Shown: positions 18,282-28,233 of the stretch, piece by piece
Layout: the number at the start of each line of letters is the position of its first letter
Position numbering within the stretch: position 1 is the first letter of the stretch
Assembly (NCBI GenBank): GCA_963820525.1
Contig: CAWGAA010000001.1
Span: 2,208,001 to 2,272,000 of the forward strand
DNA length: 64,000 bases
Direction: 5' to 3'
Source: an uncultured Spirochaetota bacterium
GTDB lineage: Bacteria; Spirochaetota; Spirochaetia; SZUA-6; Fen-1364
Made by a program: the position numbers and the translations under genes
The notes under the pieces: model-generated
What the model saw: only the letters and a program-made list of their open reading frames with translations
Database searches by the model: none
Told to the model about the DNA's origin: nothing

Positions 18282-19766
18282 ATGAGCTTCATGGGGCTGG
18301 ATATCGGCCCGGAGGAGTGCACGGCTCTCGTCGCCTCGCGCTCCGGAGACGTTCTCTCCCGGCGCCGCGATGCCTATTCCGCGGAGAGCAGGGCGGCGGG
18401 ATGGGTCGAGCTCGACTGCGAGGCCGTGTGGGAGAAGGCGCGCGCCGTGATGCGCCATGCCGCGCGCGAGGCCGCCGCACAGGGTGATCCCGTGGAGTGC
18501 CTGGCCCCCTCCGCGTTCGGTGAGGCTGTCATCCCCCTGGATTCCAGCGGAAGCCCCCTCTCCTTCTCCCCCCTTGCCGCCGACAAGCGCGGGCTGGAGG
18601 ACATTCGAGCATTCACGGAAAGAGTTGAAGCGGAGCGGATCTTCCGCATCACCGGCGCGTACCCCGGCCCCGCGGCGGGCCTCGCGAAGCTTTTATACTG
18701 GAGGAGGGCTGAAAGCCTGCTCTTCGACGCGGCTCATTCTTTCGCCTGCTGGGAGGACTTCATCATCCGCCGGCTCTCCGGCAGAAGCGTCATCGACCCA
18801 TCCCTCGCTTCCCGCACCCTGCTGTTCGACATCCGCGAGGGCGCGTGGTCGGCCGAGATCCTTGCCGCTTCCGGCATCGGGGAGGAAAGGCTCTCCGCCG
18901 TGGCGGCATCGGGAAGCGCGGTGGCGGAAATAGACGCGCCAACGGCTCGCAGTGAAAATCTGGAGGAGCTGAAAGGGTGCATTGTGGCGACGGGAGGATG
19001 GGACCAGGCGTGCGCCGCCCTCGGCTCCGGCGTTCTCGCGGAAGGCGAGGCCCTCGACAACACGGCGGCCACGGAGTGCCTTGCGGCCCCCGTGCGCAGG
19101 CTCGCCAATGAAAGCGCGCTGCAGGATGGACACTTTCAGGTGATCCCGCATGTCGCCGGCGGGTGCGTCCTGGTTTCCAGCGGCACCCTCGCCGCCGGCT
19201 CGCTGCTGGAATGGTTCGGCCGGCTCTGCACGCAACCTTCCGGCACGGAGCTTTCCGCGCTGATAGAGAGCCTTCCCCCCGGCCCATCGGGGATCATTGC
19301 AATCCCCCATTTCTCCGGCGCGGGAACGCCGCTTTACGATGAACAAGCGCGGGGTATCCTTTGGGGTCTGACGCTTGACACCACGCGCGAGGAGGTCCTG
19401 AAGGCACTGATGGAGGGGCTGTGTTTCGAGCTCAAGCGCAACATCGAGTACCTCCGCTACTGCGGCATCCCCCTGGAGATCCTTTCCGTCACCGGCGGCG
19501 CCTCCCGATCCGACTTCTGGGTCAGCCTGAAAGCAACCGTCACGGGCTGCCGCTGCCAGGTTCCCCAGATAACCGATGCCGCCGCCTTTGGCGCGGCACT
19601 CCTGGCGGGGGTGGCATGCGGCAAGCTCTCGGGGGCGGATTCCCTGCGCGAGCTTGCCACGCGGGGGATGCGCGTGACTGACCCCGAGCCCGAGCTCGCC
19701 GAGCTGTACGAAGCGGCCTATGGGCGATACTGGAGAGTCGAGGAGGCATTCTCCGGCGCACACTAG
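18282..19766 (+). CDS. FGGY-family carbohydrate kinase (xylulokinase-like), divergent
   Basis: GLDIG, GWVELD, D.SLASRTLLFD, GGWDQACAALG, PHFSGAGTP, TGGASRS. Confidence 0.85.
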   Translation: MSFMGLDIGPEECTALVASRSGDVLSRRRDAYSAESRAAGWVELDCEAVWEKARAVMRHAAREAAAQGDPVECLAPSAFGEAVIPLDSSGSPLSFSPLAADKRGLEDIRAFTERVEAERIFRITGAYPGPAAGLAKLLYWRRAESLLFDAAHSFACWEDFIIRRLSGRSVIDPSLASRTLLFDIREGAWSAEILAASGIGEERLSAVAASGSAVAEIDAPTARSENLEELKGCIVATGGWDQACAALGSGVLAEGEALDNTAATECLAAPVRRLANESALQDGHFQVIPHVAGGCVLVSSGTLAAGSLLEWFGRLCTQPSGTELSALIESLPPGPSGIIAIPHFSGAGTPLYDEQARGILWGLTLDTTREEVLKALMEGLCFELKRNIEYLRYCGIPLEILSVTGGASRSDFWVSLKATVTGCRCQVPQITDAAAFGAALLAGVACGKLSGADSLRELATRGMRVTDPEPELAELYEAAYGRYWRVEEAFSGAH

Positions 19767-19850
19767 ATCGAAGCGCGGCCGGAGACGGGGCGACGCGAGC
19801 TCATTCACACGAGGCCCGCTTGCGTGTATCCTCTCCCGCAGGGGGATTCA

Positions 19851-20300
19851 ATGAACACGCAAGCCGACGTTCAGGGCTTTCTGGCTGAAAAGACTTGGGC
19901 AATGGCGGGGATCTCCAGGAACGCGCAGGCATTCAGCTCTTCGGTCTTCAAGGACCTCACGTCGAAGGGCTTCCGAATCCTGGCTGTGAATCCGGGCGCG
20001 GACAGCATCGGCAGCGTCCCGTGCTACCCCAGCCTGAGCGCGCTGCCCGAAAAAGTAGGCGGAGTGCTGCTCTTCACCCCGCCGTCGGAAACCGAAAAAG
20101 TGGTGCGCGAGGCGGCTGCCCTGGGAATCCGCAAGCTCTGGATCCAGCAGGGGGCGGAAAGCGAAGCCGCCCTCCGCTTCTGCAGGGAGAACGGCCTCGC
20201 GGCAGTCTCGGGGCAATGCATCCTTATGTTCGCCCCTCCGCTGGGATTTCATGGGGTTCATCGCTGGTTCTGGAAGCTCTTCGGAAAGATCCCCGCGTGA
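19851..20300 (+). CDS. CoA-binding protein (YccU-like)
   Basis: AMAGISRN, VNPG, CYPSLSALP, WIQQGAES, CILM. Confidence 0.85.
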   Translation: MNTQADVQGFLAEKTWAMAGISRNAQAFSSSVFKDLTSKGFRILAVNPGADSIGSVPCYPSLSALPEKVGGVLLFTPPSETEKVVREAAALGIRKLWIQQGAESEAALRFCRENGLAAVSGQCILMFAPPLGFHGVHRWFWKLFGKIPA

Positions 20301-20380
20301 GGCAGCCGCCGGCACGCGCCGCTACGGGCGCCCCCGGTCGGGGAGCGGTGGGGCAGCCCCTTGGATGCGCGCCCCCGCCG

Positions 20381-21016
20381 TCAGGGAGATGAGGCGGATG
20401 CTGCCTGCTCGATTGCCTTCAACAGCACCCTGCTGGATGCCGTGGCTCCGCTCACGACGTCCACCGCGCTCGATTGAGCGGCCTTGACCTCCTCGAAGAT
20501 CCTGGAAGCCAACGACTCATCGATGTTCTTTCCGCTCATCAGCTTCAGGCCCTCGATCCGGCATCCCGCCGCAGTCAGCTCCACCGTCGCCTCGATTTCA
20601 CCTTCCCCGTAGGTTGCGCTTCGCGTCCCGTCGGCGAGCGCGGAGAGGGTTACGCCGCCTGCCGGCGTCTTTTCGATGATGGATCCGAAACCGGCTTGCG
20701 CGCCCACGAACCGCACCCCGAACACCACGGCAATCACTCCCAATACAAGAGCCGTGGCCACAAGAGCGAAGGGCGGCTGGAAGCGTGCGCTCGCAGCGCT
20801 TCGGGATACCAGGCGGTTTCTGATCGTGCAGGTGATGCCGGCCAGGAGGCCGCAGAGCGCGCTCGCCGCCGGAGCGAAGCTGCACACGGACCGGTAGCCC
20901 AGAACGTTCGGCTTCGACGCCGAGGGGTTGGGAATCAATGTGATGACGGCAAGCAGGGTGAACGCCAGCGACAGGCCCAGAAGGGCGTAGTAGGGCTTCG
21001 ATTGAGCGGATAGCAC
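20381..21016 (-). CDS. Membrane protein with C-terminal FMN-binding (flavinylation) domain
   Basis: GTG start after GGGAGAG; N-terminal TM segments with LGYRSVCSFAP; C-terminal VDVVSGATASS. Confidence 0.75.
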   Translation of the reverse strand: MLSAQSKPYYALLGLSLAFTLLAVITLIPNPSASKPNVLGYRSVCSFAPAASALCGLLAGITCTIRNRLVSRSAASARFQPPFALVATALVLGVIAVVFGVRFVGAQAGFGSIIEKTPAGGVTLSALADGTRSATYGEGEIEATVELTAAGCRIEGLKLMSGKNIDESLASRIFEEVKAAQSSAVDVVSGATASSRVLLKAIEQAASASSP

Positions 21017-21033
21017 TTCAGTCTCTCCCAGCC

Positions 21034-22833
21034 TCAGGATGTCGGGAAGCGGATCCAGCTCATGAAGCCGACCCTGGCGAACACGATGATCTGCGACGTG
21101 AGGTCCCCCAGCATCCACGCGTAGGCGTCGCCCGTCAAGGCCAGGCCGAAACGGATCTCCTTGACGGTAGCGCGTCCGAACTCCAGCCCGAGGCCGAGCT
21201 GGGCGTCGCCCGTATAGACGAGGGGAAGCCCCAGTGAGCCGCCCAGCCCCGCGAAAACGACGGGGTGAACGCTTGAATCCTTGGACCCGAACCCGACCAT
21301 GAACCGGATCATGTATTGAGCCGCGTAGGAAGAGCCCACGAAGGAGCCCGTCATCGTATCGATGGCGCCGATGCTCCATACGGACAAGAGCTGGGAAAAG
21401 GTCGTTGAAAAGCCATCATAGCTCGCCGTGGAACCCAGCTCGAGTCCGCCGCTCCAGCCTTCCATCAAGAGCGATATTTCGCTGAAGAAACTCCCAGCGC
21501 CCGCACCGGCGTCGAGGCCGAGGAATCCTCCCGACCCCGGCGGCGCTGAGGAGCCGCCCGACCCCGCCGTCGTGGTCCGCTCCTTGTTCGGCAAGAGCGC
21601 ATCCGCCTTCAGGACGCCGGCCAGGTCCGCCTTGCTGAACCTCCAGTGGCCGCCCTCCCATTTCCAATCCGACAGGAAGGTCTTGGTCCCCACCTTGAAC
21701 TGAAGCTGCGCGGTGCGGCCCAGCGGACCGTCGGCCGGGGGCATGGCGATCTTCTCAAGCGCGACATCGGGAGTCGAATAGCTTCTGCTCATGCCGATCG
21801 CCATCTTCTCCCAGGAGGCCTGGCGGAGGATCTCGATGGGAAGCCCCCCCCGCATCCGCTCGTGCCAGACCCGGCTCTCCTTTTCGCCTAAGGTCCTTTC
21901 GACCACGAGGAGATCTCCCCATCCCATGCTTGCGGCCCCACTGTAGGAAATGAAACGGAAATTCGAGACCGAATCTCCCGAGCTGCCGTTGAGCGCCGAT
22001 GCGAAGTCATTGGCCGACGGCTCCAGGAGCAGATCGATTGCAGCCGCTGAGAGCGTGGAGGCGGCGTTCGCCTTTTCCAGGAGGGCGGCGACGTTGACGG
22101 CTGGAATCGCGAAAAAAGTGCTCTGCCTGCCGGCCATGGACCATGAGTTAATACCAACCACCGTATAGCTGTAGCCGGATGGGGTCTGGGAGCGCACCAG
22201 GAGTGGGCCGCCCGAGTTTCCCGGGTCGATGGGAGCAGAGTGCTGGATGAACCAGGTGGCGTCCGTGCTCGCCAGCTCCGGCACGGAGACCTTGTTGTTC
22301 GTTATCGAGCCCTTTCCAAGCTGCCAGGCGGGCCTGTCCAGGAGCCCGGGATACCCTGCGGACCAGACCTCAAGGCCGTCCTCCAGCGTCGTGCTGGAGA
22401 GGATGAACGAATAGGGGGGAGGGGTCGCCCCGGCGGGAAAAGCGATGAAGGCGAGGTCCGTGGAATCGTCCATGTAGACAATGGGACATCCCTTGAACTC
22501 GAGGCTTGTTCCGTCTGATTTCTGGAACTCCACATCGGCCTGGCTCGCCATGGCCACGACGTGGCGATTCGTCACGATCCAGGACTTCCGCTGGCTGTCC
22601 ATGAGGAGAAACCCGCTCCCGTACCCGCCTTCGGCATAGGAGTCGAAGAAATCCGCGAGCTCCTTCTCATTCTCTTTTTGCAAATCCTGGGCCAGCTTCT
22701 TGAAAGAGGCTTTTATATCGGTGTCGAGCATCGGGCGGACGATGCAGACCTGATCGCGAATGTCCGCCCACAGCGAGCCGGAGGCGACGACAAGAATGAT
22801 GTAAAGAACCGTGGCAGCTTTCTTTCTCAGCAT
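21034..22833 (-). CDS. Secreted trypsin-like (S1C) serine protease with C-terminal putative beta-barrel
   Basis: Signal peptide; GSGF, TNRHVV (His), DLA (Asp), IDPGNSGGP (Ser). Confidence 0.85.
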   Translation of the reverse strand: MLRKKAATVLYIILVVASGSLWADIRDQVCIVRPMLDTDIKASFKKLAQDLQKENEKELADFFDSYAEGGYGSGFLLMDSQRKSWIVTNRHVVAMASQADVEFQKSDGTSLEFKGCPIVYMDDSTDLAFIAFPAGATPPPYSFILSSTTLEDGLEVWSAGYPGLLDRPAWQLGKGSITNNKVSVPELASTDATWFIQHSAPIDPGNSGGPLLVRSQTPSGYSYTVVGINSWSMAGRQSTFFAIPAVNVAALLEKANAASTLSAAAIDLLLEPSANDFASALNGSSGDSVSNFRFISYSGAASMGWGDLLVVERTLGEKESRVWHERMRGGLPIEILRQASWEKMAIGMSRSYSTPDVALEKIAMPPADGPLGRTAQLQFKVGTKTFLSDWKWEGGHWRFSKADLAGVLKADALLPNKERTTTAGSGGSSAPPGSGGFLGLDAGAGAGSFFSEISLLMEGWSGGLELGSTASYDGFSTTFSQLLSVWSIGAIDTMTGSFVGSSYAAQYMIRFMVGFGSKDSSVHPVVFAGLGGSLGLPLVYTGDAQLGLGLEFGRATVKEIRFGLALTGDAYAWMLGDLTSQIIVFARVGFMSWIRFPTS

Positions 22834-22928
22834 GGCGATTCCTTTTCCTATAACGATGATATATGATTTCGATGCACTTTCTATTATATCACCGAATGTG
22901 CCGAGAAAAAGGCACCCAGGGGGAACCA

Positions 22929-23321
22929 GTGGAAGAGATTGCGATACGCACGAGCGAGAAGGGGTGGCTCAGCCGTCTCGCAAGAGCCTACAGGGAAAGG
23001 ACCCCCATCCTCCTGATCGACGACGCACAGGTCGGGATCGATCCGAAAAGCGATTCCCTCATCTCAATGGGCATCAAATCCGGGCTGTCCACCGCGGATT
23101 GGATCGCGGTGGGCGTCTCCCTGGGGATCAGCGCCGCCGGAGTGCTGATGGTGGTTCTCGCCTTCCTCGATCCCGAGCCCACGAGCAAGCTGGGGCTCCT
23201 GGTCGGCGGCGGGGCCGTATGCGTTCTCACCGGGGGGCTCACCGCGGTGCGCATCCTCACGAAGCTTCGCCCGCCCAGCATCGATGTGAGCGCGGGCGGG
23301 ATCCGCATGAGATGGGAGTGA
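22929..23321 (+). CDS. Hypothetical membrane protein (hydrophobic hairpin around DPEPTSKL)
   Basis: GTG after AGGGGGA; two hydrophobic segments; GC3-rich codons. Confidence 0.65.
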   Translation: MEEIAIRTSEKGWLSRLARAYRERTPILLIDDAQVGIDPKSDSLISMGIKSGLSTADWIAVGVSLGISAAGVLMVVLAFLDPEPTSKLGLLVGGGAVCVLTGGLTAVRILTKLRPPSIDVSAGGIRMRWE

Positions 23322-23392
23322 CTCGCCGCGCGCCCATGCCTTGCCTTATGGGGGGACTTGGGTTTTACTGGATCGAAAAAGGAGGAAGATGA

Positions 23393-24181
23393 ATGTCGGA
23401 TTTCCCGTCCGAAGAGACCAGGGACCTCCCGCGGTTTGAATCAATGAACGTCGGCATGATCCTGGACAAGGCGATCAATGTCTACACGAAGAATTTCTGG
23501 CTCCTGATCGGGATCATGGCCATCCCCGCGGCCCTCTCCCTCCTTTTGGGTCGGGTTTTCCTCTCCTCCGGGAGGCTCGACTCCGCTTCCGGGCTTCTCT
23601 CCCTGCCGCTGTACATCGTTTTGGTCATCGTGGCGGACGGCATCGGAGGAGCCGCGGTAACAGCCGTTCTCAGCGGCCTCTATCTGGGCAGGGAGACCTC
23701 TTTTGCCGGAGCGTATGCAGCGGCACTCAAAAAGGCTGGCGCTATCACGATCGCTAAGCTGCTCTCGGTTCTGTTCTGCATGCTGGGCATTTTCGTCATT
23801 GTCCCGGGAATCATCCTCGCGCTCTCCTACACTCTGGTATCACCCGTGGTGATGCTGGAGAGCATTCCCGCCTCCCGGAGCCTGAAACGCTCCCGAGAGC
23901 TCATGAAGGGCTTCCGCTGGAAGACCTTTGGCATGGCGCTGATCTATCTTCTCATCAGCGGGCTTATCTTGCTCGTCGGGACAATGGCCGCCAGGCTCCT
24001 GGTGCTGCTCACCGAGATCGACGCCTTCCAATACATGCTCCCCTCGCTTCTCACTGCGGCCCTCAACTTGTTCATCGCGCCGCTGCCGCCCATCATCGCC
24101 ACCCTCATCTACTACAATCAGCGCATCGGAAAGGAGAACTTCGATCTGGTGCTCCTGGCGGAGGCCATGACGGGAAAATGA
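23393..24181 (+). CDS. Multi-pass membrane protein typical of MoxR/DUF58 operons
   Basis: AGGAGG RBS; several TMs; SLKRSRELMKG and LIYYNQRIGKENFDL motifs. Confidence 0.75.
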   Translation: MSDFPSEETRDLPRFESMNVGMILDKAINVYTKNFWLLIGIMAIPAALSLLLGRVFLSSGRLDSASGLLSLPLYIVLVIVADGIGGAAVTAVLSGLYLGRETSFAGAYAAALKKAGAITIAKLLSVLFCMLGIFVIVPGIILALSYTLVSPVVMLESIPASRSLKRSRELMKGFRWKTFGMALIYLLISGLILLVGTMAARLLVLLTEIDAFQYMLPSLLTAALNLFIAPLPPIIATLIYYNQRIGKENFDLVLLAEAMTGK

Positions 24182-24804
24182 CCACGGCAAGCGCAGCACC
24201 CACGGCCCCTGAGATCCAGAAAGTCACCGAGGAGATCCTGCGCCGCCCCGAGTTCCATGCGGCGGCAGCGGCGAGACCGGCCTCCCCCGGCTGGCTGGAC
24301 CGCCTCTTTTCCTGGCTGTCCGTGCATAAAATTTTCGGCTCGATACCTCTGGACACCTTCATTACCTGGGCCCTTCTCGCCCTTGCCGCCGCCGCGCTCA
24401 TCTATTACCTCCTTCGGCTCCTCCTGGCCGAACCGCGAAACCTCCGGGGAGCCCGCGCAGCCGAAGTCAGCTCCATCGCCCCGAAAGAGCCCTTGCCGGC
24501 GGACCCGGCGAGCCTTCTGGCCGATGCCGAGCATGCCCTGGCCGCGGGAGACACGCGCGCGGCGGTGCAGGCCCTCTACAGGGCGGCAGTTGCAGCGCTC
24601 GTCGCCAAGGGCCTCCTCGTCATCGAGCGCTGGAAGACCAACCTCGCCTACCTGAGGGAATGCCCCAGGACCTTCGAGCGCTACGAAGAGTTCCGTGAGT
24701 TGTCCGGTGCATACGATGAAATCGTTTACGCCCACAAGCCGCCGGACCAGGGGAAAATGGCCGGCCTCCTGGTCGAGGCAAGGAGGCTCTGCGAAAGCGT
24801 ATGA
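24178..24804 (+). CDS. DUF4129 domain protein
   Basis: EIL.RPEF, one TM, A..LY...., WKTN..Y, YD.IVY; operon context. Confidence 0.75.
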   Translation: MTTASAAPTAPEIQKVTEEILRRPEFHAAAAARPASPGWLDRLFSWLSVHKIFGSIPLDTFITWALLALAAAALIYYLLRLLLAEPRNLRGARAAEVSSIAPKEPLPADPASLLADAEHALAAGDTRAAVQALYRAAVAALVAKGLLVIERWKTNLAYLRECPRTFERYEEFRELSGAYDEIVYAHKPPDQGKMAGLLVEARRLCESV

Positions 24805-25967
24805 AGGGCGGCAGGAAGCACAACCTCATCCTCATCAGCCTTACTCTCTTCCTGCTCTTTCTCGTATTCATCCTAGCCCGGCCGCCGAAGGAGACGCGGC
24901 CCGCCGAAAGCGAGCCGCAGGCGCGCGCTACCACCTTCTCCGCGGAGGGCGGCGGCGCCAAAGCGGTCTACCTCGTCATGAAGAGGTTCCTCCCTTCGGT
25001 GGAGCGCTGGGTGAGGCCCCTGGAGCTCCTCAAGCCTCCGCAGGATTCCAACCCGACGAGCCTGCTCGTCATGGAACCGGAAAAGGCCATGACGAAGGCG
25101 GAGGCGGACGCTCTCGACATATGGGTGAAGAGCGGAGGGCAGCTGATCATCGCCATGAACGGGCCCTGGACCACGAGCGGCGAAGAATCGCAAAGCGAGG
25201 GCGACTACCTGGCGGGACATGGATTCATCTTCTCGAGAATACACACGGCGGACACGGCATCCCTGGTGGAGGCGCGCGGGACTCTGGGGACGATCCTCAT
25301 GCACGGCGCGTCGCTCGTGAAGGGCGGATATCACGTCATTCTCAAGACCGCCCGGGGAATCGCAGCCGGGGAAAGAAAAATCGGCAAGGGGAAGATCATC
25401 CTCATAGCGGACGGAAGCGCCTGGTCGAACGACATGCTCTCCCGCAGCTCCAACGCCGCCTGGCTCGTGCTGACTGCCCTGGCATGGGACAACGGAAGGC
25501 TCCTTGTGGACGAATACCATCAGGGCTTTGTCGGGGGCAGCCGCGGCACCCTCTCCCTCATCCTCTCGTTCCTGGGTTCCTTCTGGGGTGCAGCCTTCAT
25601 CCAGCTGGCGGCGGCGGGAGCCCTGTTTCTCGCTATGAGGGCGCGGCGATTCGGACCCCTGATCGATCTTCCCCCAAGCCGGGCGCGGGGCCCTCTGGCG
25701 CGGGTCAATGGGATCGGCGCCCTCCTGGAAGCCGCCGGCGCCCGAAGCTTCGCGGCGCAGGCGGTGTGGCAGCTCACGCTCCTGCGCCTGGCGCGGCATC
25801 GGCGCGGTGCCGTCGGCTCCGAGGAGCCCGACGACGCTGCCTGTTCCGCCCTTGTTCAACGCGGGGTCCAGGGGGGCCGTCTCAGCGAGAGCGAGTTCCT
25901 CCAGGTGGCCCGAAGATCCGCAGAGCTTTCCAAGGAGCATGGACATGAAGGACATGGACATCAGTAA
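24801..25967 (+). CDS. DUF4350 domain protein
   Basis: TTFS...GG.KAVY, WVKSGG.LII, GKGKII, VDEYHQG, RRFGP. Confidence 0.75.
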   Translation: MKGGRKHNLILISLTLFLLFLVFILARPPKETRPAESEPQARATTFSAEGGGAKAVYLVMKRFLPSVERWVRPLELLKPPQDSNPTSLLVMEPEKAMTKAEADALDIWVKSGGQLIIAMNGPWTTSGEESQSEGDYLAGHGFIFSRIHTADTASLVEARGTLGTILMHGASLVKGGYHVILKTARGIAAGERKIGKGKIILIADGSAWSNDMLSRSSNAAWLVLTALAWDNGRLLVDEYHQGFVGGSRGTLSLILSFLGSFWGAAFIQLAAAGALFLAMRARRFGPLIDLPPSRARGPLARVNGIGALLEAAGARSFAAQAVWQLTLLRLARHRRGAVGSEEPDDAACSALVQRGVQGGRLSESEFLQVARRSAELSKEHGHEGHGHQ

Positions 25968-26910
25968 GGCAACGGCCGTTGTGACGGCCATCCGGGAAGA
26001 AATGGCCAGGGTCGTCATCGGCCAGGAGGGCGTGATAGAGGAGCTGCTCACCGCATTCGTCGCCGGCGGCCACGTCCTCCTGGAGGGGGTTCCCGGACTG
26101 GCGAAGACTCTCGCCGTCCGCTGCCTGGCTTCCGCCATCGATTGCGCATATTCCCGGATCCAGTTCACGCCGGATCTCATGCCGGCCGACATCACGGGAG
26201 TGAACGTCTTCGACAACCGCACCATGGAGTTCTCCTTCAGGAAGGGGCCCCTGTTCGCGGACGTGGTCCTTGCAGACGAGATCAACCGCGCCCCCGCAAA
26301 GACCCAGGCGGCCCTCCTGGAGGCAATGCAGGAGAAGCAGGTGACCGTTGACGGCGCCGATCACGGCATGTCGGAGCTGTTCACGGTCGTGGCCACGCAG
26401 AACCCGATCGAGTATGAAGGAACCTATCCGCTTCCCGAGGCCGAGCTCGACCGGTTCCTGATGAAGATCCTCGTCGGCTATCCCTCGAAGGACGCGGAAG
26501 TGGCGATCGTGGCGGCCATGAATGCCCTCGGTGAAAAAGCGCACGCGCCCCACCGGACCATCTCCACGTGCGCACGCGCCAGGGATATCGAGGCGATCCG
26601 CCGGCTCGTCCACGGGGTCGAGGTGGACCAGAGCGTGATGCGCTATATCGTTGAGATCGTGCAGCAGTCCCGCGGGCTTGCGAGCCTGGCCCTCGGGGCG
26701 AGCCCGAGGGCGGCGGTGATGATGCTCCAGGCCGCAAAGGCCCTTGCCCTTCTCCATGGAAACCAGTTCGTGAGGCCCGATGAGGTCCAGGCCGTCGCCT
26801 TCCCCGTGCTCCGCCACCGCCTGACGCTCACCCCCGAGGCGCAGATCGAGGGCCTGACCCCTGATGGGTGCATCGCCGAGCTCCTCAAAGCGGTGCCCGT
26901 CCCCCGATGA
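25945..26910 (+). CDS. moxR: MoxR-family AAA+ ATPase
   Basis: HVLLEGVPGLAKT, RIQFTPDLMPADITG, LADEINRAPAKTQAALLEAMQE, ATQNPIEYEGTYPLPEAELDRF. Confidence 0.95.
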   Translation: MKDMDISKATAVVTAIREEMARVVIGQEGVIEELLTAFVAGGHVLLEGVPGLAKTLAVRCLASAIDCAYSRIQFTPDLMPADITGVNVFDNRTMEFSFRKGPLFADVVLADEINRAPAKTQAALLEAMQEKQVTVDGADHGMSELFTVVATQNPIEYEGTYPLPEAELDRFLMKILVGYPSKDAEVAIVAAMNALGEKAHAPHRTISTCARARDIEAIRRLVHGVEVDQSVMRYIVEIVQQSRGLASLALGASPRAAVMMLQAAKALALLHGNQFVRPDEVQAVAFPVLRHRLTLTPEAQIEGLTPDGCIAELLKAVPVPR

Positions 26911-28223
26911 GCGTCCTGCCCGCTCCGCGATTGGCGATTCTTGTCGCCGCAGCCTCTCCCCTGTGGCTGCTCGTGGCCCTTGATCCGCGAGCCCTGCCCG
27001 TCCCCGTGGCGTGCCTCGCCGCCATCCTCCTCGCGGCGGCGGTGAGCTTCCTCCGCACGCCCGGCCCCGGGCGCCTGTCCATCCGGCGCACTCTTCCCGT
27101 CCGCTTCTCCATGAAGGCGGAGCACGAGATCCTGCTCTCCGTCATGAACCGCTCCCGCAGGCGCATCGCCGTGGAGCTTCGCGATGACGTGCCGCAAACC
27201 CTTGAGGTCGTTTCCCCCATCCCGCCCTTCATTCTGGAGGCCGGCGGCACGACGGTTCTCCCCTACAGGGTCAAACCGCTTCAGCGGGGAGCCGTCCTGT
27301 TCCACAAGGTATTTCTCCGCGTGAGCCAGGGCGGCGATCTGGTCCGGCGCCAGTTCGCCTTGGAGGTGGAGTCTCGGGGCAAGGTGTATCCCTGCTTCGT
27401 CGGGGTGGACCAGTACAACCTCCTCGCGGTGAAGGACAGGAGGGAAGAGTCGGTGAGATCTCCGCGCTCCTCCAAAGGGCAGGGAACGGATTTCGACAGC
27501 CTCCGGTCCTACAGTCCCGGGGACGACCCGCGGAGAATCGATTGGAAGATCTCGGCGAAGCGCGGCTTCCTGGTCAGCAGGAACCTCCAGGTGGAGAGGG
27601 GACAGCAGATCGCCGTCCTCATCGACGCCGGACGCTTCATGGCGGAGCCCCTGGGAGAGCGGACACGCTTCGAGCACGCCGTGGACGCGGCGGTGATGCT
27701 CGCCGCGGTCGCGCAGAAGCGGGGAGACTCGGTTTCCCTGGCGTGCTTTTCAAACCGAATCGAATCGTTTCTCCCGCCGGTCAAAGGCCAGCGCGTCGTC
27801 CCGCGGGTCCTGGAAGCCCTTGCCGACGTGAAGCCCCGGGCAGTCGAATCGGACTACTGGCATGCTTTCGCCAACATCCTCTCCCGCCTGCGGAAGCGCA
27901 GCCTCATCGTTCTGTTGAGCGAGGTCCTGGACCGTGCCGGAAGCTCGGGGCTCGTGAACAACCTGGCGCGTTCCGCCGGCAAGCACCTGATCCTCGTCGT
28001 CGTGCTGGTTGACGAGGCGCTGAGGCAGGCGGCGGAAGAGATGCCGGCCGACCTCCGCCAGGGGTACCGCAAGGCCGCGGCGAGCCATGTCGCGCTGGAG
28101 AGGGCCATGGCCTTGGATGACATGCGCGCCAAAGGGATCCTCGTGCTCGAGACGGAGCCGCGGCATCTCAGCATCCGGCTCATCGAGAGATACCTGGATA
28201 TCAGAAAAACGAACCTTCTCTGA
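26907..28223 (+). CDS. DUF58 (VWA-like) protein
   Basis: GTDFDSLRSY.PGDDPRRIDWKISAK, LIDAGRFM, GDSV; follows moxR. Confidence 0.9.
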   Translation: MSVLPAPRLAILVAAASPLWLLVALDPRALPVPVACLAAILLAAAVSFLRTPGPGRLSIRRTLPVRFSMKAEHEILLSVMNRSRRRIAVELRDDVPQTLEVVSPIPPFILEAGGTTVLPYRVKPLQRGAVLFHKVFLRVSQGGDLVRRQFALEVESRGKVYPCFVGVDQYNLLAVKDRREESVRSPRSSKGQGTDFDSLRSYSPGDDPRRIDWKISAKRGFLVSRNLQVERGQQIAVLIDAGRFMAEPLGERTRFEHAVDAAVMLAAVAQKRGDSVSLACFSNRIESFLPPVKGQRVVPRVLEALADVKPRAVESDYWHAFANILSRLRKRSLIVLLSEVLDRAGSSGLVNNLARSAGKHLILVVVLVDEALRQAAEEMPADLRQGYRKAAASHVALERAMALDDMRAKGILVLETEPRHLSIRLIERYLDIRKTNLL

Positions 28224-28233
28224 GGGACGGGGT

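Noticed and set aside
25936..25967. GGACAT repeats giving a His-rich tail (HGHEGHGHQ) on DUF4350
   Set aside because: Explained by overlap with the moxR start (MDMKDMDIS); too short to call a metal-binding tag
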